Source of the DNA: a virus
Reading direction: 5' to 3' (one strand)
DNA: 64,000 bases
Virus record (IMG/VR): IMGVR_UViG_3300044695_007092
Span: 11,321-75,320 of that record
Below the pieces are notes generated by a model. It did not search any database. It was not told the DNA's origin and saw nothing but the letters and a program-made list of their open reading frames with translations. This document shows, in pieces, positions 48,566-58,589 of this stretch. The position numbers and the translations under genes are program-made. Numbering within the stretch: position 1 is the stretch's first letter; each line of letters opens with the position of its first letter.

Positions 48566-49291
48566 ATGCTGCAGATAGAAGGAATTATCGAAAAGGGCGC
48601 TCTCGTTGAAGGCGCCGCTAAGACCCTATTTGGGGGTAAGTTTGACAATAACAGTTGGATGATGTGGTTACCCGACGACGGTCGGGAATTAACATTTAAA
48701 AGCGGAGATATATACTACGAAGAAGGGCTGCTAGCCCTAATAAGATATGGTAATAAAACCATATCGGTTTGGAAGGTAATAGATGGGGTCTTAGAGCCCC
48801 AGGTGGTGTTCATTCCAGCCAAGTTCGGGTTTGGAAAAAACAGAATAATTCCCACTGCCTCGGCGTACGCCGAAGTAGTGATGCAAAACGCAGAAGCTTC
48901 TGACATCTTGGATTTCCTTCCCCTTCCTAGAAGGGTGCTAGGCTTCCGAGAGGCAGATCTGCCAGACGTGGCGGATTTAGATCAAAAGGCCTTGGCCGGC
49001 ATGGCTAGATCTAGCGACCCCTCCAAAATGGAGGCGGCGTACAAAAAGTTCAAGAGGTCTGGGGACCTGGTATTCGTACCAGAAAGTCTGCTACCAGCGG
49101 ACTTTGTGGCTGATTACAATCAGCCATGGTGCCTCGACTTAGAGGGTTTTATAGACAGCGAGCGGTACCCAGTACCGCAGCTTGTATACCAAACCTCCCT
49201 GACGAAACACGGCCTCCATTACAGCGCCGCCACAAATGGCGCCCGTAAGGTAGGAGGAGGCCCAAAAACAAGGAAGAACGGACGCCCTTGA
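48566..49291 (+). CDS. Hypothetical protein
   Basis: AAGGAGG RBS. Confidence 0.65.
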   Translation: MLQIEGIIEKGALVEGAAKTLFGGKFDNNSWMMWLPDDGRELTFKSGDIYYEEGLLALIRYGNKTISVWKVIDGVLEPQVVFIPAKFGFGKNRIIPTASAYAEVVMQNAEASDILDFLPLPRRVLGFREADLPDVADLDQKALAGMARSSDPSKMEAAYKKFKRSGDLVFVPESLLPADFVADYNQPWCLDLEGFIDSERYPVPQLVYQTSLTKHGLHYSAATNGARKVGGGPKTRKNGRP

Positions 49292-49317
49292 TCAAGGCGG
49301 CTCGTTCTTTCAAGTTG

Positions 49318-49779
49318 GTGGTAGAGCGCACTCAACTCTACCGCGACGTCTAGGCCCGTTAAGACTATGTAATTCCTACTGCTAGCAAAAACGTATTAAT
49401 ACCTGCACTTGTAATAGGCGCCGTCTAGGTAGCCTATTAATTGCACGCGTATTTCATGGGATTATGCGACGCAAGGGTGTTAGATTCAGACGGGTCGAAA
49501 CAAAAGCTTGCCCTCACAAGCAAGTGCGTCAGAGTGGCCTAAACGGTACCCCACTCTTGTATATACCGGGTAACTGTTCGGTCTCAGGACCATGCACTCC
49601 CAGGAGTAGCGGGTTGTCTGGGCGGGTTACTGCCCCAAGAATATTGGGGAAAAAGAAGAGCGTTGTGCGGCTACAGCCGTGTTGCCATTAAATCCCCAGG
49701 GAGAGAATGGGATGACGGGTCTGTGCGGGCGTTCTTCTCCAACCAGGGCCGGGCCTAGCAATAGGCCTGGCTTTCTTTT
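49318..49779 (+). ncRNA. Candidate structured ncRNA (~460 nt)
   Basis: GC-rich region tiled with nested G-U-containing helices, ending in a GCAA hairpin plus T-tract. Confidence 0.5.
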
Positions 49780-49792
49780 AGGAGGAAGCTTT

Positions 49793-49978
49793 ATGCAAGG
49801 GATTCTGCAAGCAGAAGTTATCAGCGAGTGGCTTATCGACAAAGCTGTCGAAAGACAGTGTGTGTTGATGGCCCTTAAAGAGGCAGATAAAAAGGGCTGT
49901 GGAGACTTCAGAGTCTTCACGGCAACTGGAAATAATAATAATATAGAAGTGGTATACGTAAAAGTTTACCACGCATAA
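49793..49978 (+). CDS. Small hypothetical protein
   Basis: AGGAGG RBS before ATG 49793. Confidence 0.55.
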   Translation: MQGILQAEVISEWLIDKAVERQCVLMALKEADKKGCGDFRVFTATGNNNNIEVVYVKVYHA

Positions 49979-49983
49979 TACAT

Positions 49984-50032
49984 AAATCACAGTTAGCCTA
50001 GTTATGGCTATCTGTGATTTTTTTTTAGCTAT
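49984..50032 (+). terminator. Terminator ending T9-AGCTAT
   Basis: AAATCACAG..TAGCC/GGCTA..CTGTGATTT plus T-run. Confidence 0.75.
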
Positions 50033-50264
50033 TAGATATCTTTCTTTAATATTTCGTCTATTAAAAGTGGTATGCCGTAGCCCATCATATATACTGAGCA
50101 TACAATTAAAAACATATGATAGTAGATGTTTGTAAACAAGAAGTACCCTATGTGATCTAGGATACACAACATATCTTCTTCTAATCTCATGTTGCTTATT
50201 GCTCCAATAAACAGTAGAAAGTTACATTATAAGATATTGTCTCCATGTAAGCGAAAGGATAATC

Positions 50265-51023
50265 ATGAGCGGATACAGCGGATTGCAGTCAGTCACAAGC
50301 GGTTCAAACATAGACCCAAACAGAAAGACCACTAAAATAGTAGTAGACCCACACGAGCTGGACTCGTTTACTATAGATCTGAACGCTATGAAAGCTTCTG
50401 CTAACAAGTACTCTTTAAAGAATGATACCAGTGCCGAGCTAAGGTCTTTAAATGAGACTGATAGATCAAAAGTAATATCTAATAACCTAAGAAAGCTATC
50501 AAGTGATAAAGCAAATGAGGCTCCACCTAATCTAGGTACTGTTGCTGCTACCCTAGACGGAGCTAACCACGTACATCCTGCCGCCGCCTTACCTGAATCA
50601 GCTGTAACTCCTCCATCTGTAAGGGTTTACTTTGATATGCCAGGACTGGCCACACTGAATTCAAAATACCACGGTGTAACTGTTGTGCCAGGGTACTTAG
50701 TACTTACAACAGACCTAAGATACGCCGGATCAGGCGAGTTCTACCCTTTTACAAGTAAGCTTGCTAATGAGTCATCAGCCTATATTGGCGTGATGGTAGA
50801 AGGCATAGATAGCCTATTTCTAATCAGGCCGCCAGCTATTACTCACAAGTTTGGGCCCTATGAACACTGCCTAGTTCCAATAAGCCAAGAAAAAGATCTA
50901 CCAGAAGAGATTAAGAAGAACGTAGACGAGGTAGATAAAGAAGTGGAGACGTCTCCACAAACAGGTTATGATAATTATGAAGAATACACCAGCCCGCCTA
51001 GTGCCGATAGCGGTGTACTTTAA
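50265..51023 (+). CDS. Hypothetical protein upstream of portal
   Basis: AAGGA RBS; long ORF. Confidence 0.6.
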   Translation: MSGYSGLQSVTSGSNIDPNRKTTKIVVDPHELDSFTIDLNAMKASANKYSLKNDTSAELRSLNETDRSKVISNNLRKLSSDKANEAPPNLGTVAATLDGANHVHPAAALPESAVTPPSVRVYFDMPGLATLNSKYHGVTVVPGYLVLTTDLRYAGSGEFYPFTSKLANESSAYIGVMVEGIDSLFLIRPPAITHKFGPYEHCLVPISQEKDLPEEIKKNVDEVDKEVETSPQTGYDNYEEYTSPPSADSGVL

Positions 51024-51067
51024 TATATATAAGTATAGTACTATTTAAGCCTTAGGAGGCATATTGC

Positions 51068-52987
51068 ATGTCAGATTATTCAGAAGGAGCCCTAGGGCGC
51101 GGATGGGCCTTGAACAGCAGGGGTGACGAGCCTTTTCCAGATCCTTTCATGGACTATGCCTCTACGGTTATGCCTGAGAACATCAGGGACGCCTTGCGGT
51201 ATTGCGAATTTATTTTTCACTCAAACTCTATGATCAGAGAAGCAGCTAGAAGAGTTCTTAGTTACTTCATAACAGAAATTGAGATCAGAGCCGTCAACGG
51301 CAAGAATATGGGCGATGACGAAAAGCAAAAGTATTTGTCATTCCTCAACGACACTTTAGACATAAAAACCGTACTACATTCGGTCGGTCTGGATTTTCTA
51401 TGCTATGGTAATAGCTTCACAACTCTTATTATTCCTTTTAGACGTTATCTTTATTGCCCTAAGTGCTCTCTTGATGTGCCACTGAAGCAAGTAATCAATA
51501 ATCCTGCTTTTGGATTTAAATGGAAGATGCCTGATTTCCAGGCTAATTGCCCTAGATGTAAATACACAGGTACGTGGAAAAGAGTAGATAGACGTACTAA
51601 TGAACCAGAAGAGGTTAGAGTTCGTAGATGGCCTGCAGTCGAGATGGAAGTAAGATACGATCCTGTTAGGGATAACCGTGACTATCTATGGCGTATACCT
51701 GAAGACTACAGGATGCAAGTGCGTAGAGGAGACCCCCAAGTTTTAGAAACTGTTCCCTGGGAAATAATAGAAGCTATATCATCCAATGGCTTTTTATTAT
51801 TCGATAAGAAGGCGGTTCATCATATGTATGAGCCGACTCTGTCAGGGGTAAGATCTAGAGGTTGGGGTATCTCACGTACTTTAATTAACTTTCGTCATGC
51901 ATGGTATGTGCAGGTTCTTCACAGGTATAACGAGGCTATTGCCTTGGACTATGTGATACCATTTAGGGTTTTGACACCTGCTCCGCAGTCTAGCTCAATG
52001 CCAGAAGCAGGCGATCCTTTAATGAATATGGATCTAGGCGGGTTACGTGGTCAGGTGCAGGCTATGCTTAGAAAGAGACGAAGAGATCCTGCTGCTTGGC
52101 ACTTCTTAAGCACACCTATTCAATATAATATGATGGGCGGAGAAGCTAGAAACCTAGCCCCTACTGACTTACTTGAATCAGGCGTCAACATGCTCTTAAA
52201 CGGCTTTGGTATGCCAGCTGAATTATACAAAGGCACCCTAAGCCTTCAGGCAGCATTACCTGCTATTAGGTTATTTGAATCGAGCTGGCAGTATTTGATA
52301 CATTGCTTGAATAACTTTCTTACCGAAACAACTAAAGCAGTAGGTGACGCATTTGGCTGGGAGCCTGCCACTTGCCGTCTTATCAAACCTTCAATGCTCG
52401 ACGATGTTCAACTTATCATGTCCAAGATGCAGCTTATGCAGGCTCAGCAGGTCAGCCAGACCGGAGTTCTCAGAAGCATGGGTATGGACTTCAAAGAAGA
52501 ACAAAGGCAAATCCTCGACGAGCAAAGGTTTATGCAGGAAGAGCAGGCCAAGATGCAGAAGAGTATGGAAGACTCTTCTCTCATGGAACAGATGGCTCCT
52601 TCTGTCACCGGCCAGTTCATGCAGAATATGCAAGCGCAGGCTCAAGGCGGGCAGCCCGCGCCCCAGGGAGCTCAGCCTCCTCCTGGACCAGCACAGAGCG
52701 CTCCTCCTCAAGGGCCTGCAGGAATGGCTGCGCAAGGTATGTCTATCGCTACTCCTACCGGACCTAATGAGAAGGTTACACCGCAGGATATGCAGGCTAA
52801 AGCACAAACTATAGCAGACCAGATGCTGTCTATGCCTGAGTCGCAGAGACAGTCTGAGATGACTAAGCTTAAGTCTCAAGACCCAGTTATTCACAGTTTG
52901 GTTAAGCAGACAATAGGAAACATCAGGCAGCAGGCTCAAACTCAAGGAGCTCGCATGATGTTACAGCAGCAGTATGGTACTCAATAG
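51068..52987 (+). CDS. Probable portal protein with zinc-ribbon insert and Q/M/P-rich tail
   Basis: VGLDFLCYGNSF and VHHMYEPTLSG..RGWGISR portal-like motifs; LNGFGMPAEL. Confidence 0.7.
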   Translation: MSDYSEGALGRGWALNSRGDEPFPDPFMDYASTVMPENIRDALRYCEFIFHSNSMIREAARRVLSYFITEIEIRAVNGKNMGDDEKQKYLSFLNDTLDIKTVLHSVGLDFLCYGNSFTTLIIPFRRYLYCPKCSLDVPLKQVINNPAFGFKWKMPDFQANCPRCKYTGTWKRVDRRTNEPEEVRVRRWPAVEMEVRYDPVRDNRDYLWRIPEDYRMQVRRGDPQVLETVPWEIIEAISSNGFLLFDKKAVHHMYEPTLSGVRSRGWGISRTLINFRHAWYVQVLHRYNEAIALDYVIPFRVLTPAPQSSSMPEAGDPLMNMDLGGLRGQVQAMLRKRRRDPAAWHFLSTPIQYNMMGGEARNLAPTDLLESGVNMLLNGFGMPAELYKGTLSLQAALPAIRLFESSWQYLIHCLNNFLTETTKAVGDAFGWEPATCRLIKPSMLDDVQLIMSKMQLMQAQQVSQTGVLRSMGMDFKEEQRQILDEQRFMQEEQAKMQKSMEDSSLMEQMAPSVTGQFMQNMQAQAQGGQPAPQGAQPPPGPAQSAPPQGPAGMAAQGMSIATPTGPNEKVTPQDMQAKAQTIADQMLSMPESQRQSEMTKLKSQDPVIHSLVKQTIGNIRQQAQTQGARMMLQQQYGTQ

Positions 52988-52995
52988 AATAAAAA

Positions 52996-53532
52996 ATGAA
53001 AATAATCATGAGCACTATAAGTAATTTCTTTAAAATGCTTATGGACCTCAACCATGAAAGGGAAGAGGCCAAGGATGGCAGCATGATCCCAGAAGCAGAG
53101 ATTAGCGAACTTCTAGAGCTACACAACAAGACTAGAAGCGTTTATGATCTTCCGCCGTTGGAAATGGATAAAGACTGTGTTCTGGTAGCGCAGTCGCATG
53201 CAACTTGGATGGCTAATTCTCAGAATATATCCCATATGGGTTTTAGCTTCTTTGGTCCTTCTCAAAGGATGGCTATAGTAGGTCAAGACCCTGATAGGCT
53301 AGGAGAGTGCATATCTTTTTCAGTAAGCGGCGACGTCAAAGACCTTATGAAATCGTGGTTTACATCTGAAAGCCATAAAAATATAATCCTTGGTAAATAC
53401 GATAGAATAGGAATAGGTAGAGCCGTAGGCTATATGGATGCTAACTATTACTGGTGTGCAGTATATAGCACTAGTAAAAAGGCAAAAGGATCGCCAAAAG
53501 TACAGATGTCAGACAGCTTAGTCGACGTATAG
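52996..53532 (+). CDS. CAP/SCP domain protein
   Basis: LELHNKTR...LPPL...AQSHATWMA...SH...GE...WFTSESHKNIIL...IGIG...YW. Confidence 0.88.
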   Translation: MKIIMSTISNFFKMLMDLNHEREEAKDGSMIPEAEISELLELHNKTRSVYDLPPLEMDKDCVLVAQSHATWMANSQNISHMGFSFFGPSQRMAIVGQDPDRLGECISFSVSGDVKDLMKSWFTSESHKNIILGKYDRIGIGRAVGYMDANYYWCAVYSTSKKAKGSPKVQMSDSLVDV

Positions 53533-53543
53533 AAAGTCAGACA

Positions 53544-54305
53544 ATGATTAAAATAATGGCCTGTACGGTAGCCTCCCCTACTCCAAGAAATGAAGTATGG
53601 GCTTCTCTACAGTCTACATTTCTAGATAGAACTAAATTTGCAGAAGTGCATAAGCATGTAGTTATAAACGGAGCATCCCCGGTTCCGTGGTTAGATAACG
53701 GATATAAGATTATAAGCCACTGGGCTTATAACAAAGGGCACCTGCAAGGACTTAGATCAATAATAGACAACTTTAAAGTCAGTGAGTGCGACTGGTTACT
53801 TATACTAGATAGTGATGCTTGGCCCATAAGAGATGACTGGTTTGCAGTCTGTGACAAGCTTATGAGCGAAAAAGGAAAAGAAGGATGCGCCGCTATAAGA
53901 TGTGAGAACTTTGATACATTTCCTCATCCGTGCATATTTTTAGCAAACAAGTCGCTAATCAACAGAGGGGCAGAGTTCGACCTTAGAACTGATATTAATC
54001 TTTTAGGGAACATAGTAACTGATCTAGCTGTGTCCCATGTAGACTTTGATAACTATTTTATTCCTTTGCTAAGGAGTAACAAGGTAAATCATCATCCCCT
54101 GTTTGGAGGTATATACAATCACTTGTTCTACCATCACGGGGCAGGAAGTAGGCTTGCAGATTTAACTAGAGTAGGAATGTCAGGCATGCACGACCATTAC
54201 ATCAGTAATACATCTCATGCAGCAGTAGAGGCAGCGATGTATTCTTCCTTATCAACAGACCCAAAGAGCTATTTGAATAAGCTAATAGTCGGAGTTGCCC
54301 TATGA
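53544..54305 (+). CDS. Glycosyltransferase (GT-A)
   Basis: LLILDSDAWP DxD; FYHHGAGSR. Confidence 0.7.
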   Translation: MIKIMACTVASPTPRNEVWASLQSTFLDRTKFAEVHKHVVINGASPVPWLDNGYKIISHWAYNKGHLQGLRSIIDNFKVSECDWLLILDSDAWPIRDDWFAVCDKLMSEKGKEGCAAIRCENFDTFPHPCIFLANKSLINRGAEFDLRTDINLLGNIVTDLAVSHVDFDNYFIPLLRSNKVNHHPLFGGIYNHLFYHHGAGSRLADLTRVGMSGMHDHYISNTSHAAVEAAMYSSLSTDPKSYLNKLIVGVAL

Positions 54306-54913
54306 AGTATAAGCTGCAGCCTTTTCTTGAGTGGTACAAGGCCCAGGAGCTATCAAAGCCTTGGTTAGTAGTAGGTAAAGGGCCTAGCTTTAGCCATATA
54401 AATAAAGTTGACCTTGATAGCTACTCTGTACTAGCTCTCAACCATGTTATGTTTGAAATACCCTGTCTTTTAGGGCATGCCATAGATTTAGATGTTTACA
54501 ATACGTCGGATAATAAATTTTTATGCCAACATTTAGTAACACCATGGGAACCGCATATAAACTTTAAACCAGGTAACAAAAGCCTTTTAGATCTCATGTT
54601 CGAGAACAGGTTAGAGTACAGAAATATTCTTTATTACAACAGCAGCAGAACAAGAAATAAGAATCTAAAGTATAAAGGCCCAGATGTCAGGGTTAGGTTT
54701 TTTGGATCAGTGGCTGCCATGAACCTACTTGCTATGGCCGGAGTAAAGACTATACATACATTAGGCATAGACGGTGGCTCAAAGTATCATCCAAGCTTTG
54801 ATGAAGCTGACCTTTTAGCTAACGGAAGACAGTCATTTGATTCTCAGTTTTCTGAGTTTAAGCTAACTGAGAAGCGTTATGGTGTTACTATAAGTCCATT
54901 AAATTTAAAATAG
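54302..54913 (+). CDS. Maf/DUF115-like (sialyltransferase-like) protein
   Basis: LVVGKGPS, VLALN, AMAGVKTIHTLGIDG. Confidence 0.6.
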   Translation: MKYKLQPFLEWYKAQELSKPWLVVGKGPSFSHINKVDLDSYSVLALNHVMFEIPCLLGHAIDLDVYNTSDNKFLCQHLVTPWEPHINFKPGNKSLLDLMFENRLEYRNILYYNSSRTRNKNLKYKGPDVRVRFFGSVAAMNLLAMAGVKTIHTLGIDGGSKYHPSFDEADLLANGRQSFDSQFSEFKLTEKRYGVTISPLNLK

Positions 54914-54968
54914 GTAGTGATATTTATTTAATAAATAGGTATCATACCCCAAATTATTGGAGATAGTT

Positions 54969-55721
54969 ATGGCTACTGGCCCTATAAAGATTTTCGTAGG
55001 CACTGAGATTAAGACTAAAGTACCATTGGATGTTCTCTCTTATTCAATAAAGAGAAGAACCTCCCATGAGGTTAGTATAGTACCTATGATAGGTAGTGGG
55101 TGGGAAGTTCCAAAAGGGCTTCACCAAGGCACTGGATTCAGCCTTAGAAGGTTCATGATACCTAATGCATGCAACTACGAAGGCCATGCAATTTATCTAG
55201 ACGCTGATCAGTTATGTCTTGGGGACATATCAGAACTTTGGGGATATGCCGATAAGTTAGTAGGCAAGGCCGTAGCCTGTACATATCAGCCTGACAAGTT
55301 CAGCAAGACCCCATGGCCTAATACTTCTGTAATGTTGATAGACTGCCATAACGCAGGCTGGAACCCGGCTGAGCTGTGGGACATGCTTAGAAGAGGCTAT
55401 AACTATCCTAACTTTATGCATCTTACCTTTATGGATAGCATGCCTTTGATGATACCTACTTTCTGGAATCATCTTAATGTGCATGAGGACGCTACTACCA
55501 GAATTCTGCACTACACCAAGGAGCCTGAGCAGCCTTGGTATAAGCCTAGTCATTCTTTAGCCAGTCTATGGGAAAGAGAGCTTGTTCAAGCCATATCAGC
55601 TGGCGCTGTGAGCAAGAAAGACTTTGAATTTGCTTTAGACTTATGGCATAAACCTAAGCTAGATAAGAGGTTAACTCAAGGGCTTCACCCGCATTATAAA
55701 AAGTATCTAGGAAACTTCTAA
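54969..55721 (+). CDS. Glycosyltransferase family 8-like
   Basis: TGFSLRRF, IYLDADQ, TSVMLIDC, WNHL, LHYT..QPW. Confidence 0.8.
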   Translation: MATGPIKIFVGTEIKTKVPLDVLSYSIKRRTSHEVSIVPMIGSGWEVPKGLHQGTGFSLRRFMIPNACNYEGHAIYLDADQLCLGDISELWGYADKLVGKAVACTYQPDKFSKTPWPNTSVMLIDCHNAGWNPAELWDMLRRGYNYPNFMHLTFMDSMPLMIPTFWNHLNVHEDATTRILHYTKEPEQPWYKPSHSLASLWERELVQAISAGAVSKKDFEFALDLWHKPKLDKRLTQGLHPHYKKYLGNF

Positions 55722-56434
55722 TGCGCATAGGCAAGCTATATAACATTCACAAAGGTGAAGACATATACATAGTAGGCACAGGACCTACAGCTAGGATGCT
55801 TCCTAGCAATATACTCTCAGGCAGAATAACTATAGGGCTTAACCAGGCGTACAAGAACTTTAATGTACTGTATTCAATAACCGTTCATCCAGAGCTAGAG
55901 GTTGAGTACAGGGATGTTTTAAAGGCTAATCCTAGTGTTAGCACTAAGTGGATAGTTAAGCAAAAGCCTCCTACAAATCTACCTTTTGATGACCCGGGCA
56001 GATATGTATTTAAGACAAGCCCTGAATGGGCAGGGTTCATAGGCAAGGACAAGGATACCCTTTTCGTTGGAAGAGGTGTGCAGCAGACAGCCATAGATAT
56101 GGCTTGTAGAATGGGAGCAAGGGCTATATTTTTAATAGGCGTTGATATGTCAGATTTAGGTGGAGATCACCATTCTCATAACCAACACGTTAGATTTCAT
56201 GGCCTTCCCCATGAGGACGTTTATTCAGAATATAGAGCATGGACTTATAAATCTAGAAAATTGGCTCGAGAAAAGGCCAAAATTCCTGTATTATCGTTAT
56301 CACCACTTTTAGGGTGTGGCGGTGCGATCCACGATGCTGATTACGTTCAGCTTAGGGATGAGCTTGGCTTGGCTAAGTTGCCAGAGCCAAAAGACACTTC
56401 CGGATATTCCAGAAGTAAAATAGATAACCCTTAG
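55721..56434 (+). CDS. Maf/DUF115-like (sialyltransferase-like) protein
   Basis: HKGEDIYIVGTGPT, TIGLN, MGARAIFLIGVDM. Confidence 0.65.
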   Translation: MRIGKLYNIHKGEDIYIVGTGPTARMLPSNILSGRITIGLNQAYKNFNVLYSITVHPELEVEYRDVLKANPSVSTKWIVKQKPPTNLPFDDPGRYVFKTSPEWAGFIGKDKDTLFVGRGVQQTAIDMACRMGARAIFLIGVDMSDLGGDHHSHNQHVRFHGLPHEDVYSEYRAWTYKSRKLAREKAKIPVLSLSPLLGCGGAIHDADYVQLRDELGLAKLPEPKDTSGYSRSKIDNP

Positions 56435-56448
56435 TTAGGAGTATTATT

Positions 56449-57606
56449 ATGGCGAGCAGGTATGACAATTTGAATACGGCTATTGCAGCTACTGTGGACG
56501 ATAGCAAGAAGAACAAGCCATATCGTATTATCGAGATTGGCGTCCATAAAGCAGCTAGAGCTGTAATGATGGTTAAACTTGCAAAGAAGCTAGGTCGAAC
56601 AAACATAGAATACTATGGATTTGATCTGTTTGAGGACATGACTCCTAGCGTTAATCAAGATGAGTTTGGAAAGCCAGAATTAGCTCTTAGCAGGGAAGAG
56701 GCTAGGAAAAAGATAATTGAAGCCGGTGCTTCTAAGGTGCAGCTTGTAAAAGGCGATACAAGAGTAACCCTAGCGCAAGCTGTAAAGGATATTCCTATTG
56801 CCAATGTTGTATTCGTAGATGGGGGCCACACTATTGAGACTATCGCAAGCGACCTTGAGAACATTCTCAACTGCTGCGGTGAAAAGACTCGCATTCTTTT
56901 GGACGACTGCTATCCAAGCGTATATGACAGAGGGTGTGCATTCTTAGCTAAGTGTTTTAGTATTCTGAAAGAATACGGCATTACGATGGAAGAGCTACAT
57001 CCTGTAGACGTTTTTGAAAAGAATCCCTACGGCGAAGGTTCGCTCAACGTAAGAATTATGTCGTTAAGGTGCGCAGCTCAGTTAACTCCAGCAAAGCTTG
57101 AAGGTTTAGGCTCTAAGCTGATCTACGAAGCAAACCCTTCAGGGCCCGAACCAAAAGAATTCTTCCCTGAGAAGTCCTTCGTAGAAACGAAAAGCGAGGC
57201 CAGCGAACCTGCTGGAGAGACCTTTCAACCCGCTGATAGCAGCTGTGATACCGACGTACAACCAGTTCGAGTATGCGAGAATAGCTGTGGAAACCTTCCT
57301 GGAGAACACTGCGAACGGGCTAGTGATACTTGTGGACGATGGGAGCCCCCATTGGAAGCCAGAAGCGTGGAGCAAGTTCCCGAAGAACAAACTCCTGTTG
57401 TACAGGTTCCCGAAGAACGACAAGAACCTGACCAGATCGTGGAACCAGGGAATCCGCTTGGCCTTGGAGCACCATGCTCAAGTGATAATAGCGGGGAACT
57501 CAGACCTGAAGTTTCCCCAGAACTGGAGCAAGGGAATAATAGAGGCTCTAGAAGAAGGCGCAGGCGTGGTAGGGCCGATGACGAACGCTCCGGGCCACAG
57601 GCCTAG
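56449..57606 (+). CDS. Class I SAM methyltransferase (Methyltransf_24-like) with disordered tail overlapping the next gene
   Basis: IIEIGVH, YYGFDLFE, LVKGDT, FVDGGH, LLDD. Confidence 0.78.
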   Translation: MASRYDNLNTAIAATVDDSKKNKPYRIIEIGVHKAARAVMMVKLAKKLGRTNIEYYGFDLFEDMTPSVNQDEFGKPELALSREEARKKIIEAGASKVQLVKGDTRVTLAQAVKDIPIANVVFVDGGHTIETIASDLENILNCCGEKTRILLDDCYPSVYDRGCAFLAKCFSILKEYGITMEELHPVDVFEKNPYGEGSLNVRIMSLRCAAQLTPAKLEGLGSKLIYEANPSGPEPKEFFPEKSFVETKSEASEPAGETFQPADSSCDTDVQPVRVCENSCGNLPGEHCERASDTCGRWEPPLEARSVEQVPEEQTPVVQVPEERQEPDQIVEPGNPLGLGAPCSSDNSGELRPEVSPELEQGNNRGSRRRRRRGRADDERSGPQA

Positions 57607-57967
57607 ACAACACGTCAGTAGGTTCGTCAGCAGCTATGTTGTCGACGACTCTGATAGTTACATCTCAAAGATATCCAACCTTCTTTATAAAGAGAAGGTT
57701 GGATGCACTGAGAAAGGCCCTCTAAACGGCTTCTGTCTTGCAGCTAGGGCTGCCACATGGAAGGCAGGGGCTTACAGCTTATCGAACCATCACTTCTTTA
57801 ATCCTAAGTTCAAGATGACCCGCAATGAAGATGAGCTTATGGGTAGATTTAAGAAGCTAGGAATAAGCAGCCGCATAGCTTGTTCTAGTTTTGTGTTTCA
57901 TTACAGAGGTGTTACCAGACATCCTTCCGGAAGAAGCGCCGGCAAGGGTCATTTAAGGATAAAGTAA
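57233..57967 (+). CDS. Glycosyltransferase family 2 (start uncertain; possibly frameshift-fused to the upstream gene)
   Basis: LIAAVIPTYN, LVDDGS, WNQG, GNSD, VGPMTN, NEDE, FVFHYRG. Confidence 0.8.
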   Translation: MIAAVIPTYNQFEYARIAVETFLENTANGLVILVDDGSPHWKPEAWSKFPKNKLLLYRFPKNDKNLTRSWNQGIRLALEHHAQVIIAGNSDLKFPQNWSKGIIEALEEGAGVVGPMTNAPGHRPRQHVSRFVSSYVVDDSDSYISKISNLLYKEKVGCTEKGPLNGFCLAARAATWKAGAYSLSNHHFFNPKFKMTRNEDELMGRFKKLGISSRIACSSFVFHYRGVTRHPSGRSAGKGHLRIK

Positions 57968-58587
57968 TGAGGTACTGGAAACCTAGGAAGATAAGCCCAG
58001 ATTCCAAGGTTTGCATATCTGTGGTGACCTACAATCAAACAGACTGCCTATCCTCTTTGATTCACGCATTAAAAGCTCAAACCTTTAATAACTTCAGTGC
58101 GTATATACTTCACGATGGGCCATGGTCTTCTGCCGCCAATAGGTGTTATGTAAACGCCGTTGATGGTGACTCTAGATTTTTTCAAATGAATGGAGCCATC
58201 AGGCAGGCTAAGTTCGGTCACGCTTTAAGGCAGGTAGGGTTTGATAATGGTATAAAGAACGGCTGCAACTGGTTATGCACTATGAATGCAGACTGCTGGT
58301 ATGCCCCTGTATATTTTGAATGGATGCTAGGCTCAGCCCATGAAAATAAATCTAACTTTGTTTACTGTAACCTGGTTCACAGTCACAAGTTATGGAAACC
58401 AATGACCTCAGAACTAAAGAGAGGCTCTATAGACGCAGGTAACTGGATAGCGGATACTGGCTTAGTGGGTAGCACTAAATGGGAAAGCACCGACTTCGCT
58501 GCAGACTGGACGTACATAAGTAAACTTAAATCTAAACCCGACTTTAGGCCCAGTAAAGTCGATGGTTATATATTTACACACAACTGA
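57967..58587 (+). CDS. Glycosyltransferase family 2
   Basis: ISVVTYNQ, ILHDG, MNADCWY, AADW. Confidence 0.78.
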   Translation: MRYWKPRKISPDSKVCISVVTYNQTDCLSSLIHALKAQTFNNFSAYILHDGPWSSAANRCYVNAVDGDSRFFQMNGAIRQAKFGHALRQVGFDNGIKNGCNWLCTMNADCWYAPVYFEWMLGSAHENKSNFVYCNLVHSHKLWKPMTSELKRGSIDAGNWIADTGLVGSTKWESTDFAADWTYISKLKSKPDFRPSKVDGYIFTHN

Positions 58588-58589
58588 TT

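Noticed and set aside
49519-49560. tRNA D-loop-like GTCAGAGTGGCCTAAAC
   Set aside because: No anticodon or T arm; explained by a simple AGAGTGG/CCACTCT hairpin
49475-49745. tmRNA-like ends (GGGTGTTAGATTCAGACGGG ... CTCCAACCA)
   Set aside because: No T-arm GTTCRA, no acceptor stem pairing and no Ala-ending tag frame
49464-49920. ORFs 49464-49691, 49627-49920 and the 5' part of 49679
   Set aside because: No RBS and atypical composition; GC-rich structured sequence explains the open frames
52344-52945. Long alternative-frame ORFs over the portal tail
   Set aside because: Shadows of CAG/ATG-rich low-complexity coding; no RBS
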